A DNA stretch of 64,000 nucleotides from Brevundimonas sp. (GTDB lineage: Bacteria > Pseudomonadota > Alphaproteobacteria > Caulobacterales > Caulobacteraceae): NCBI RefSeq assembly GCF_029946145.1, contig NZ_JAQSDY010000012.1:178806-242805 (forward strand). The letters run 5' to 3'. Positions 55,277-63,689 of the stretch are shown here, piece after piece (positions within the stretch are counted from its first letter, which is position 1; every line of letters starts with the position of its first letter). The notes under the pieces were generated by a model, which was given only the letters and a program-made list of their open reading frames with translations, ran no database searches and had not been told where the DNA came from. Position numbers and translations under genes: made by a program.

Positions 55277-55777
55277 TCAGTCGTCGTCGAGGACGATGGG
55301 CGCGCGGGTCACGCCGTTGAAGCGGTCCACGAACTTCCCCAGCAGGCGCAGGAACTCCGCTCCTTCTTCCGGCGTGAAGGCCGACAGCGCGCGCTCCTGA
55401 GCGGTCCGCGCGGCGTGACGCAGGTTCTCCAGCTTCCTCTCGCCCTTGCCGGTCAGGACGATGACCTTGCGGCGACGGTCGGCGCGGTCCTCGACTCTCA
55501 CGATCAGGCCTTCGCTTTCGAGGCGCTTGACCACGAGGCCGGTGGTCGACCGGTCCAGCCCGACCTTCTTCGACAGGCCGATCTGGTCCAGGTCCTCGCA
55601 GCACCGGAGGATCACCAGGACGCCGTACTGGGTCGTCGTGACGTTGAACTCGGCGCTCTCTTCCATGAACAGCGAGACGCTGATCTGGTGCGCCCGGCGC
55701 AGCAGGAAGCCGGGGCGTTTGTAGAGTGCGTCGACGCTGTTGATGTCGGATGCGCTTGTCGCGGAACGTGCAGGCAA
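55277..55777 (-). CDS. MarR-family regulator (start uncertain; TTG 55777 chosen)
   Basis: PGFLLRRAHQ, TTTQYGVL, GLDRST...RLESEGLIVR...DRR. Confidence 0.88.
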   Translation of the reverse strand: MPARSATSASDINSVDALYKRPGFLLRRAHQISVSLFMEESAEFNVTTTQYGVLVILRCCEDLDQIGLSKKVGLDRSTTGLVVKRLESEGLIVRVEDRADRRRKVIVLTGKGERKLENLRHAARTAQERALSAFTPEEGAEFLRLLGKFVDRFNGVTRAPIVLDDD

Positions 55778-55889
55778 GTCGGAGCCCCGGTTTCTCGAAC
55801 TCGCGCCAGATAGACGCTTCGATTCAAGGCGATCAGTACACTGCGTCTGTGACACTGTCGAATGCGGCGAGGCGGCGCGGGGACGGCCT

Positions 55890-57281
55890 TCAGGGTTCGA
55901 CATGGACGATCTCCGTCGGCCCCAGGGCTCTCTGGCGGGCCCCTCTGAACAGATTGACAAGGGAGAAGCCGGCCGAGGTCAGGGCGAGACCCGCCGCGGC
56001 GAAGGCGGGCGTCGGCCCGGCTCCGAACGCGGTGGCGAGGAGGGCCGAAGCCATCGCCGCGCCCAGCGCCTGTCCGACGAAACGCGTGGCCGAGACGAGC
56101 GCGCCTGCGGACGCCGCCCGATCGCGGGGAGCCGCGCCGATGATCAGGTGGGCGGTGGGGGCCATGAACAGGCCGAAGCCGACGCCGCCCAGCGCCATCG
56201 GGATCGCCAGAACGGCGACGCCGCTGTCAGGAGAAAGGATGCCGGCGGTCGCCAGTCCGGTCGCCGCCAGGATCATCCCGATCGCGCCGGGCAGGCCCCT
56301 GGGCGCGCGATCGGCCAACAGACCCGCGACAGGTGCGGCGATCATCATCGCCAAGGGCCAGACCGCCAGCACGAGCCCGATCTCGGCCGGCTGAAGGCCT
56401 GCGGTCTGCAGGCGGAAGGGCAGGGCCACCATGAAGGCCACCGAGGCCGAGAAGGCGAACAGCGCCGCCGCGGCGGGCAGGGCGAAGGTCGCGCGCGCCA
56501 GAAGATCCACCGGCAGTATGGGACGCGCCGATCGCATCTCGCGCCGCACGAAAATGATGGCGACGGGAATTCCCACGGCGACCAGGGCCGCGCCGATCGG
56601 GCCGTCGCCGTGCAGCAGCAGGCTGAGACCGCTCATCAGCAGGCCGAACATCAAGGCGCAGAGGAGGGCGCCGGCTGCATCGAACCGGTCGCTGTGCGCC
56701 TTGGGGTCGGGAAGAACCTGGCCCAGGGCCAGCGAGAGCAGGGCGAAGGGGGTGGCGGCCGCGAACACCCAGCGCCACGACCCCGCGCCGAGAATCAGCC
56801 CGCCGAGGCTGGGGGCCGCCGCGGCCGCCACGGCGATGACCAGGCTGTTGAACGCCATACCTCGCCCGAGCCTGGCCGAGGGATAGGTCGCACGCAGGAG
56901 CGCGGAGCTGACGCTCAGGGCCGCCGCGACGCCCAGCGCCTGAAGGCAACGCGTGGCCAGAAGCATGGGCAGATTGGTCGCCAGCGCGCTGCCCAGGCTG
57001 GCGATCAGGAAGACCAGCTGTCCCGACTGATACATGCGCCGATGCCCGACCCGATCCCCCAGGGCGGAGAAGGGCAGCAGCGCCATCAGCATGGCGACCT
57101 GGTAGACCGTGACGACCACCACGGCGCTGGCGGAGGAGATGCTCAGCGCGCGCGCGATCGTGGGCAGGGCGACCGTGGCGATCGCGTTGTCGACGACCAG
57201 CATACCGGTGCCCAGCGACAAGGCCAGGACGGCGACGTGCCGTCGCGGCGCCGTCAGGCCCACATGCGTCTCAGCCGTCAC
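55890..57281 (-). CDS. MFS transporter (DHA2/EmrB-QacA-like)
   Basis: DNAIATVALPTI, motif A LGDRVGHRR, RCLQALG, PSLGG, WRWVF; about 14 TMs. Confidence 0.88.
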   Translation of the reverse strand: MTAETHVGLTAPRRHVAVLALSLGTGMLVVDNAIATVALPTIARALSISSASAVVVVTVYQVAMLMALLPFSALGDRVGHRRMYQSGQLVFLIASLGSALATNLPMLLATRCLQALGVAAALSVSSALLRATYPSARLGRGMAFNSLVIAVAAAAAPSLGGLILGAGSWRWVFAAATPFALLSLALGQVLPDPKAHSDRFDAAGALLCALMFGLLMSGLSLLLHGDGPIGAALVAVGIPVAIIFVRREMRSARPILPVDLLARATFALPAAAALFAFSASVAFMVALPFRLQTAGLQPAEIGLVLAVWPLAMMIAAPVAGLLADRAPRGLPGAIGMILAATGLATAGILSPDSGVAVLAIPMALGGVGFGLFMAPTAHLIIGAAPRDRAASAGALVSATRFVGQALGAAMASALLATAFGAGPTPAFAAAGLALTSAGFSLVNLFRGARQRALGPTEIVHVEP

Positions 57282-59011
57282 TCGGATATGATGTTCAGCA
57301 GAACCTGTCGCCGATCCTCGCGGACCATGCGGATGGCGCGTCGGATCGCGTCGGGAACGGCGGCCGGATCCTCGATGCGTTCGCCGTAGCCGCCGGACGC
57401 TTCGACGTACTTCTCGAAGTCGGGGATGGGGCGCAGATCGCTGAGCGGAGCCGGTTTGGGTCCGCGCGCCGCATGGCCTTCGGGGAAGACGCCGATGGTC
57501 GAGGATTGCACCGCGCCCCAGCGGGCGTTGTTGCAGATGATCGTCAGCAGGGGCGTCTCATGCATCGCGATGGCCTGGTGGCAGGCCGCGGGATTGCAGA
57601 ACAGATATGCGCCGTCGCCCATGGTGCAGACGACCGGCCGGTCGGGGGCGGCGAGGGCGGCGCCGATGGCGGCGGGCATGCCCCAGCCAAGGCCTGCCGC
57701 CGGAGAGTGCATGTAGAAGCTGCCGGCCGTTTTCGCGTCGAATATCTCGCGGTCGACCCAGTACTCGTTCACGACGATCGCGTCGGCGGGAAGCGCCTCG
57801 TTGAGGCAGAGGTTCAGCCAGTCCTTGTTCATTCGCGGGGTGTCGGCCAGCGGGGCGAGACGTTTGCGCCGACGCTCCCGCCGACCTTCGGCAAGCGTGG
57901 CGATCTTCGCCGCCCGGTCAGAGAGGCGTTTTTCCTCCACGATCTCGGCTAGGGCCTCGGTCAGCGGTCCCAACAACTGGCCGGCGGAGCTCGTGACCCA
58001 CAGCTCGCCGCGGAAGGACCGCAGCGGATAGTCGAGGAACAGCGGATCGACGCCCACATGGACGATCCGGGTCTCCGCCCGGGGCTCCCGCGTTTCCGGC
58101 AGCCAGGGCACCTCAGTCTCCAGACAGATCAGCAGATCGGCCTCGCCGAGATACGGATGCACCGACTGGCCGAGGTGATAGGGATGATCGGACGAGGCGC
58201 AGACATACCGGGACTTGGCCTCCACGATGCCGATGCCGAATCGTTCGCAGAGCTCGCCTAGCGGCGCGACGGTTTCCGGGTCGCGACCCGAGGCAGACGT
58301 CACCAGCAGTGGGCATTTGGCGGCGTCGATCATCTCCGCTAGCTTCCGGATTGCTTCGGGATCCGGAGCGGCGCGGCTGGTCGGAGCCAGCGGCTTGGCC
58401 TCGACGGTGTGGGGTTCGGACTGCGCCGACAGCACCTCGCGCGGGAGGGTCAGATAGACCGGTCCGGCGGGCGCGGCCTGGGCGGTCATCAGTCCGCGAT
58501 CAAGGACGTCCTCGAGGTTCAGGCCTGAACGCAGTTCGTAGTCCCACTTGACCAGTTCGCGCAGCATACCGGCCTGGTCGTACATTTCCTGCGCCCAGTG
58601 GATCGCGCCGCTGCGGGCGCCCAAGGGACCCTTCTCGTAGAGAGGCGTGCGGCCGGCCATGAACAGCATGGGTATTTCGTCGCGCTTGGCGTTCATCACG
58701 CCGCAGACGGCGTTGGCGGCCCCCACGCTGACGTGAACCATGACCGCCTGCGTCCGACCCGTGATCATGGTGTAGCCATGGGCCATGCCGACGACGAGAT
58801 TCTCGTGCGTGCCAATGATCGGCGCCGGGAAGTCGAGGTGGGAGAGCGACTGGCGAGCGTAGGCCTCAGCGATCGGGGCCGCGTCCGTGCCACTGTTGAT
58901 GAAGAGGTAGTCGACGCCCTTCTGTTTCAGCAGCGCCAGGAAGGTTTCCGCGACGGCTTCGGATTGCGGCAGAACTTGCGTGTCGCGCCGTTCCTTGGAC
59001 TGTACGGGCAT
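57278..59011 (-). CDS. Thiamine-diphosphate-dependent enzyme (decarboxylase/lyase superfamily)
   Basis: THENL (catalytic Glu), GDGAY...NN ThDP/Mg motif, GLGWG. ATG 59011 has a GGAGG SD. Confidence 0.9.
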   Translation of the reverse strand: MPVQSKERRDTQVLPQSEAVAETFLALLKQKGVDYLFINSGTDAAPIAEAYARQSLSHLDFPAPIIGTHENLVVGMAHGYTMITGRTQAVMVHVSVGAANAVCGVMNAKRDEIPMLFMAGRTPLYEKGPLGARSGAIHWAQEMYDQAGMLRELVKWDYELRSGLNLEDVLDRGLMTAQAAPAGPVYLTLPREVLSAQSEPHTVEAKPLAPTSRAAPDPEAIRKLAEMIDAAKCPLLVTSASGRDPETVAPLGELCERFGIGIVEAKSRYVCASSDHPYHLGQSVHPYLGEADLLICLETEVPWLPETREPRAETRIVHVGVDPLFLDYPLRSFRGELWVTSSAGQLLGPLTEALAEIVEEKRLSDRAAKIATLAEGRRERRRKRLAPLADTPRMNKDWLNLCLNEALPADAIVVNEYWVDREIFDAKTAGSFYMHSPAAGLGWGMPAAIGAALAAPDRPVVCTMGDGAYLFCNPAACHQAIAMHETPLLTIICNNARWGAVQSSTIGVFPEGHAARGPKPAPLSDLRPIPDFEKYVEASGGYGERIEDPAAVPDAIRRAIRMVREDRRQVLLNIISE

Positions 59012-59046
59012 GTTGGCCTCCCGGGCTGTATCGAGTTTCGCCCTAT

Positions 59047-59073
59047 ATGATAAGACGTCTGCCTGGTTGCCAA
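59047..59073 (-). promoter_or_regulatory. Operator GATAAGACGTCTGCCT (59049-59064) between TTGGCA and TATCAT boxes of the ThDP-MFS operon
   Basis: AGACGTCTG core; the promoter spacer is short (15 nt), so the promoter call is weaker than the operator call. Confidence 0.6.
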
Positions 59074-59114
59074 GGAAAAACTGCCGCCGCACCCGATTGT
59101 GAAGCGAGAAAGCC

Positions 59115-59155
59115 TTGCAAGCTCCGGTTCAGGCTGGATATACAGACGTCTGCGC
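59115..59155 (+). promoter_or_regulatory. Promoter TTGCAA-N18-TATACA overlapped by operator CAGACGTCTG (59143-59152)
   Basis: Perfect 10-bp palindrome about 55 nt before the ligY-like ATG. Confidence 0.7.
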
Positions 59156-59207
59156 AATCACGTCGTGATGGGTGCTAAGCTTACGAAGAGCGGGTGCGGA
59201 GACAACA

Positions 59208-60212
59208 ATGATCATCGATTGCCATGGCCACGTCAGCGCTCCCGCGGAACTGTGGGCCTACAAGGCGTCGGTGCTGTCGCATCGGGGCTCCCATGGTCGA
59301 GGCGGCGTCCGCGTCTCCGACGATGACATCCGTCGCGCCGTCAACAAGGTCGAAATGGCGCCCTGCGGCCACCTCGACATGCTGGAGCGCCATGGCACCG
59401 ACCTGCAGCTGATTTCCCCGCGTCCCTTCCAGATGATGTCCAGCTTCGAGCCGGGCCGGGTGGTCCACTGGTTCGTGGAAGAGTGCAACACGATCATCCA
59501 TCGCCAGACGCAGCTGTTCCCGGACAAGTTCGTCGGCGTCTGCGGGCTGCCCCAGGTGGCGGGCGAGCCGATAGAGAATACCTTCGCGGAACTGGATCGC
59601 TGCATCGGCCTGGGCTTCAAAGGCTGCCTGCTGAACCCCGACCCATATGAAAATACGCGGACTGACCAGCCGGGCCTCGGCGATCGCTACTGGTATCCGC
59701 TCTACGAGAAGCTCTGCGAACTGGATATTCCAGCGCACATACACGCGACGGGGTCGCGGTCAGACCGGACGCCCTACAGCCTGCACTTCATCAATGAGGA
59801 GACGATCGCCGTCTTCAACCTCGTGAACTCCAGCGTGCTGGACGACTTCCCCTCGCTGAAGATCGTGGTCAGCCACGGCGGCGGCGCCATACCCTATCAG
59901 CTGGGCCGGTTCGAGGCAGGTTCGATCCATCCGGGATCAAAGCGCCGGTTCTCAGAGGGGATGCGCAAGCTCTACTACGACACAGTGCTCTACACCGAGG
60001 GCGCGCTGCGGTTGCTGATCGAGACGGTCGGCGTGGACCGGTGTCTGTTCGGGTCGGAATGCCCGGGCGTAGGCTCCAAGGTCGTGGACGGTCACGACCA
60101 CACCATGGACCACATCGCACCGACCATCGCGAAGTTCGATTTCCTGAGCGACGCCGACAAGAAGAAGATCTTCGAGGACAACGCCCGCGCCGTCTTCCGG
60201 CTGGACCAGTAG
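59208..60212 (+). CDS. ligY: Amidohydrolase-superfamily meta-cleavage compound hydrolase, LigY-like
   Basis: MIIDCHGHVSAP..LWAYKAS..HRGSHGRGG, ISPRPFQMM, LPQVAGEPIEN, PYSLHFINEETIA, SHGGGAIPYQLGRFE, LFGSECPGVG match my recollection of SYK-6 LigY throughout. Confidence 0.85.
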   Translation: MIIDCHGHVSAPAELWAYKASVLSHRGSHGRGGVRVSDDDIRRAVNKVEMAPCGHLDMLERHGTDLQLISPRPFQMMSSFEPGRVVHWFVEECNTIIHRQTQLFPDKFVGVCGLPQVAGEPIENTFAELDRCIGLGFKGCLLNPDPYENTRTDQPGLGDRYWYPLYEKLCELDIPAHIHATGSRSDRTPYSLHFINEETIAVFNLVNSSVLDDFPSLKIVVSHGGGAIPYQLGRFEAGSIHPGSKRRFSEGMRKLYYDTVLYTEGALRLLIETVGVDRCLFGSECPGVGSKVVDGHDHTMDHIAPTIAKFDFLSDADKKKIFEDNARAVFRLDQ

Positions 60213-60221
60213 GGGGCCCTG

Positions 60222-61250
60222 ATGGCCGAGATCGTTCTGGGCGCCTGGACCACACACGGGCCAACTCTTTCGACGACGCCCGAAGAGTGGCTGCTGCGCC
60301 TGCCCGCCGACAAGGCGCGCAAGGACCACCCGTTCCGGGGGGCAACCTATGACTTTCCCGCCCTCGTCGAACTGCGCAAAGACGAGGACCTGGCCGCCCA
60401 GGCGACCCTGGAAGAGCGCACCCGGCGGTCGCTCCTCTGTCGCGCCGCCATCGATCGGCTGGCGGACATCTATGAGAAAGCTCGCGTCGATGTGGCGGTC
60501 ATCTTCGGCAACGATCAGCACGAAATCTTTCTGGATGACCTCATCCCGGCCCTGACCGTCTTCAACGGCGAGACCATCTGGAACGCCCCGGCGACCGAGG
60601 CGCAGGCCGCCATATCGCCACCGGGCATCCACGTATCGGAGTGGGGGCATAAGCCGCCTCAGTACACCGAATATCCCGGCCACCCCGAGCTGGCCAATCG
60701 CATCATCCGGCAGGCCATCGCAGACGGATTCGACGTGGCCAAGTCGTCGAAGCTGCCCGAGAATCCGGGTAATTGGCATAGCGGTATCGGGCACGCCTTC
60801 GGCTTCATCTATCGCCAGATCATGCGCGACAAGCCGGTCGCCAACGTTCCGTTGTTCGCCAACACCTTCTTCCCGCCCAACCAGCCGACGGCGCGGCGGT
60901 GTTTCGCTTTCGGCCAGGCGGTCGGCCGGGCGATCCGCGCCTGGGACTCCGATGCTCGCGTCGCGGTTTTCGGGTCGGGCGGCATGACGCATTTCGTCAT
61001 CGACGAGGCCTTCGACGCCAAGATCATCGACGCGATCCAGGCTCGCGATGCCGAAACACTCTGCTCCATCGGCGAGGAATACTTCCAGGCGGGAACCTCC
61101 GAGCTGAAGAACTGGATCGCGGCTGCGGGCTGTCTCTTCGAGACCGACCTGAGCGGCGATCTGGTCGATTATGTGCCCTGCTATCGCTCGGAGGCGGGGA
61201 CCGGCACGGCCAACGGCTGGATTGCGTGGAACAAGAAGGCGGGAGCATGA
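60222..61250 (+). CDS. ligZ: Class III (LigB-fold) extradiol dioxygenase, LigZ-like
   Basis: MAEIVLG..THGP, GNDQ, HAFGFIYRQIMRD, PPNQPT.RRC, SGGMTHFVIDE, FQAGTSELKNWI, YVPCYRSEAGTG match my recollection of SYK-6 LigZ; no LigA-type subunit nearby. Confidence 0.85.
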   Translation: MAEIVLGAWTTHGPTLSTTPEEWLLRLPADKARKDHPFRGATYDFPALVELRKDEDLAAQATLEERTRRSLLCRAAIDRLADIYEKARVDVAVIFGNDQHEIFLDDLIPALTVFNGETIWNAPATEAQAAISPPGIHVSEWGHKPPQYTEYPGHPELANRIIRQAIADGFDVAKSSKLPENPGNWHSGIGHAFGFIYRQIMRDKPVANVPLFANTFFPPNQPTARRCFAFGQAVGRAIRAWDSDARVAVFGSGGMTHFVIDEAFDAKIIDAIQARDAETLCSIGEEYFQAGTSELKNWIAAAGCLFETDLSGDLVDYVPCYRSEAGTGTANGWIAWNKKAGA

Positions 61251-61909
61251 GCGACGAAATCCTTATCCGCCTGGCGCGCCTTGACGCCTGCGCCGTTTCC
61301 GACGCTCTCGATCAGGTCGGGGCGCCGCCATCGGTGACGGGACTGAAGGCCCTGTCCGCGCGGCAGCGCATTTCCGGTCGGGTCACGACCGTCCGTCTGG
61401 CCGCCGGCAAACCGCTTGAGGGTGCGCCGTCCAGACACTTGTGCACGACGGCGATCGACAGCTCGGACGCCGGCGCTGTGATCGTGGTCGAACAGCGCAC
61501 GGGCGTCGAATGCGCCGGCTGGGGCGGCATCCTGTCGAACGCGGCGCGCGGCCGGGGTATTTCAGGCGTCATCGTCGAGGGTCTGGCCCGCGACATCGAC
61601 GAGGCGGCCGACATCGGCTTCCCGGTCTATGCGCGCGGCGGTACGGCACGCACAGCACGCGGCCGCATCCATGAGGCGGAGACCGGCGGGACGATCCAGG
61701 TCGGCGATACCACGGTCTCGAACGGCGACTATGTCGTCGCCGATTCCAGCGGCGCGGCCTTCGTGCCGGCCGACCGGATCGAGGCGGTGCTGGCGGCGGC
61801 CGAGCGGATCGCGGTCAAGGAAGCGGCGATGACCAAGGCGGTCATGTCCGGTCAGCCGGTCAGCGACGTGATGGGCGCCAGCTACGAACACCTTCTGGAA
61901 CAGGGCTGA
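61247..61909 (+). CDS. RraA-family protein (HMG aldolase-like), paralogue 2
   Basis: DACAVSDALD, AGWGGILS, EGLARD, GDYVVADSSG. ATG 61247 overlaps the ligZ stop. Confidence 0.88.
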   Translation: MSDEILIRLARLDACAVSDALDQVGAPPSVTGLKALSARQRISGRVTTVRLAAGKPLEGAPSRHLCTTAIDSSDAGAVIVVEQRTGVECAGWGGILSNAARGRGISGVIVEGLARDIDEAADIGFPVYARGGTARTARGRIHEAETGGTIQVGDTTVSNGDYVVADSSGAAFVPADRIEAVLAAAERIAVKEAAMTKAVMSGQPVSDVMGASYEHLLEQG

Positions 61910-61910
61910 T

Positions 61911-62564
61911 ATGACCGACGCCAACGTAGAACGGGTCGGCCGCATCGACACAGCGACCCTCAGCGACGCGCTCGACAAGCTGGGGATCCCCGGCCAGTGC
62001 CTGGGCGTGAAGCCGCTGGACCACGGGTTCCGGCTCGCGGGTCGCGCCTTCACCGTCACCTACGCCCCGGCGGCGCCGGGTGGGACGGTCGGCGACTTCA
62101 TCGACGACGTGCCGGACGGTCATGTGGTCATGATCGACAACGGCGGACGGCCCGATGCGACTGTCTGGGGGGACATCATGACCCTGTGCGCGCATCAGCG
62201 AAAACTGGGCGGGACGGTGATCGACGGCGCGTGCCGCGATACTCATCTGGCGCTCGATCTCGGCTATCCGATGTACAGCCGCAGCTATTCGATGCGGACC
62301 GGCAAGGACCGGGTCCAGCTGGAAGCGGTCGGTCAGGTCGTCAACATCGGCGATGCGCGCGTCAGTCCCGGCGACCTGGTGCGGGGCGATTCCGACGGGG
62401 TCGTGGTCATCCCGCGCGCCCGGGAGGCCGAGGTGCTCGACATCGCCGAGGCGATCGAGGTGGCGGAGGGCCGTATTCGCGAGCTGATCTCGTCCGGCAT
62501 GCGGCTGGATGACGCCCGCAAGCAGCAGGGCTATCACCTGCTCCAGCGCCGCGAGAAGCCCTGA
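61911..62564 (+). CDS. RraA-family protein (HMG aldolase-like), paralogue 3
   Basis: DTATLSDALD, LAGRAFTV, TVWGDIM, IDGACRD, GDLVRGDSDGV. Confidence 0.9.
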   Translation: MTDANVERVGRIDTATLSDALDKLGIPGQCLGVKPLDHGFRLAGRAFTVTYAPAAPGGTVGDFIDDVPDGHVVMIDNGGRPDATVWGDIMTLCAHQRKLGGTVIDGACRDTHLALDLGYPMYSRSYSMRTGKDRVQLEAVGQVVNIGDARVSPGDLVRGDSDGVVVIPRAREAEVLDIAEAIEVAEGRIRELISSGMRLDDARKQQGYHLLQRREKP

Positions 62565-62566
62565 CC

Positions 62567-63601
62567 ATGGCCTGGCGGGTCGTCGCAACAGCGAGCCTGG
62601 GCCCACACGAGGGCGTGATCGCGCGCCTGGTTGAGGCGGGCTGCGAGATCGACCGGCTGCCGGCCGCCGCCACGACGTGGACTCCCGAACTGATCGCCCG
62701 CTACGCCTCCACCGCCGACGCCTATGTCGGAACCTTCCGGGGGATCGGACTGCCCCGCGAGGTGATCGAGGCCTCGCCCCGGGCCCGCGTGATCACCTCG
62801 CCGATCATCGGCACCGAATATATCGACGTCAAAGCGGCGACCGAGGCGGGCGTTCTGGTCGCACACGGGGCCATGTCAGAGAATTTCGACGGCATGGCCG
62901 AGGCCGGCGTCATGCTGATCGCCGCGACCCGCAAGGCGCTGGCCGGCAAGACCGCCGCCGTAAGGGCGGGAGAATGGAAGACCGCTCCGGCGGGCCGCCT
63001 GGTGCTGGAATCCACCATCGGCATCCTGGGCCTGGGCCGGATCGGGCAGGGGGTCGCGCGCCGGCTGAACGGCTGGGACTGCGAGATCATCGCCTGCGAC
63101 CCCTATGTCGATCCCGCGGCGGCGGCGAAGCTGGATGTGGAGCTGGTCGGCATCGACGACCTGTTCCGCCGGTCGGATGTCGTGGTCATCCTTGTGACCC
63201 TGACGCCGGAGACACGGCACATCGTCAACGCCGACAGGATCGCCGCGATGAAGCGCGGAAGCGCCATCGTCAACATCGGCCGGGGCGGGTGCATGGACGA
63301 GGCAGCGGTTATCGCCGCGCTCGACTCCGGCCAGCTCGCGGCGGTCGCCATCGACGCCTGGGAGTCCGAACCGCCGGCGCCCGACAATGCGCTGCGCAGC
63401 CATCCGGCGGTCATCGCCACCTCGCACGACGTCGGCCATTCCACGGACCTGTACGCCCGTATTCCGGTCGTGGCCGCCGAGAACACCCTGGCCGCGCTCG
63501 AGGGGCGGCGGCCCGACTACCTGCATAACCCGGCGGCGTTGCCGGCCTGGCGCGAACGCTGGAACGACGCGCCCCAACCCGCCGCAGCCGGAGCCTTATG
63601 A
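62567..63601 (+). CDS. D-isomer-specific 2-hydroxyacid dehydrogenase family
   Basis: GILGLGRIG, DPY, VNIGRG (Arg), DAWESEP (Glu), TSHDVG (His). Confidence 0.88.
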   Translation: MAWRVVATASLGPHEGVIARLVEAGCEIDRLPAAATTWTPELIARYASTADAYVGTFRGIGLPREVIEASPRARVITSPIIGTEYIDVKAATEAGVLVAHGAMSENFDGMAEAGVMLIAATRKALAGKTAAVRAGEWKTAPAGRLVLESTIGILGLGRIGQGVARRLNGWDCEIIACDPYVDPAAAAKLDVELVGIDDLFRRSDVVVILVTLTPETRHIVNADRIAAMKRGSAIVNIGRGGCMDEAAVIAALDSGQLAAVAIDAWESEPPAPDNALRSHPAVIATSHDVGHSTDLYARIPVVAAENTLAALEGRRPDYLHNPAALPAWRERWNDAPQPAAAGAL

Positions 63602-63607
63602 CGTCCC

Positions 63608-63626
63608 TATAATCAGACGTCTGATT
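63608..63626. promoter_or_regulatory. Perfect 16-bp palindromic operator AATCAGACGTCTGATT (63611-63626) overlapping TATAAT (63608-63613)
   Basis: Direct reading; upstream of the final aldehyde dehydrogenase gene. Confidence 0.8.
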
Positions 63627-63689
63627 TCTTGATTGACCAGCCGCTGTGAGCGTCGCGACCTGACGACGAAGCGGGAAAAGGAAACGCCA

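Noticed and set aside
59208-61250. Initial reading as LigJ hydratase plus LigB/gallate dioxygenase
   Set aside because: Full-length motif pattern and the linked LigXa-like oxygenase fit LigY and LigZ better; LigA, LigC and LigI are absent.
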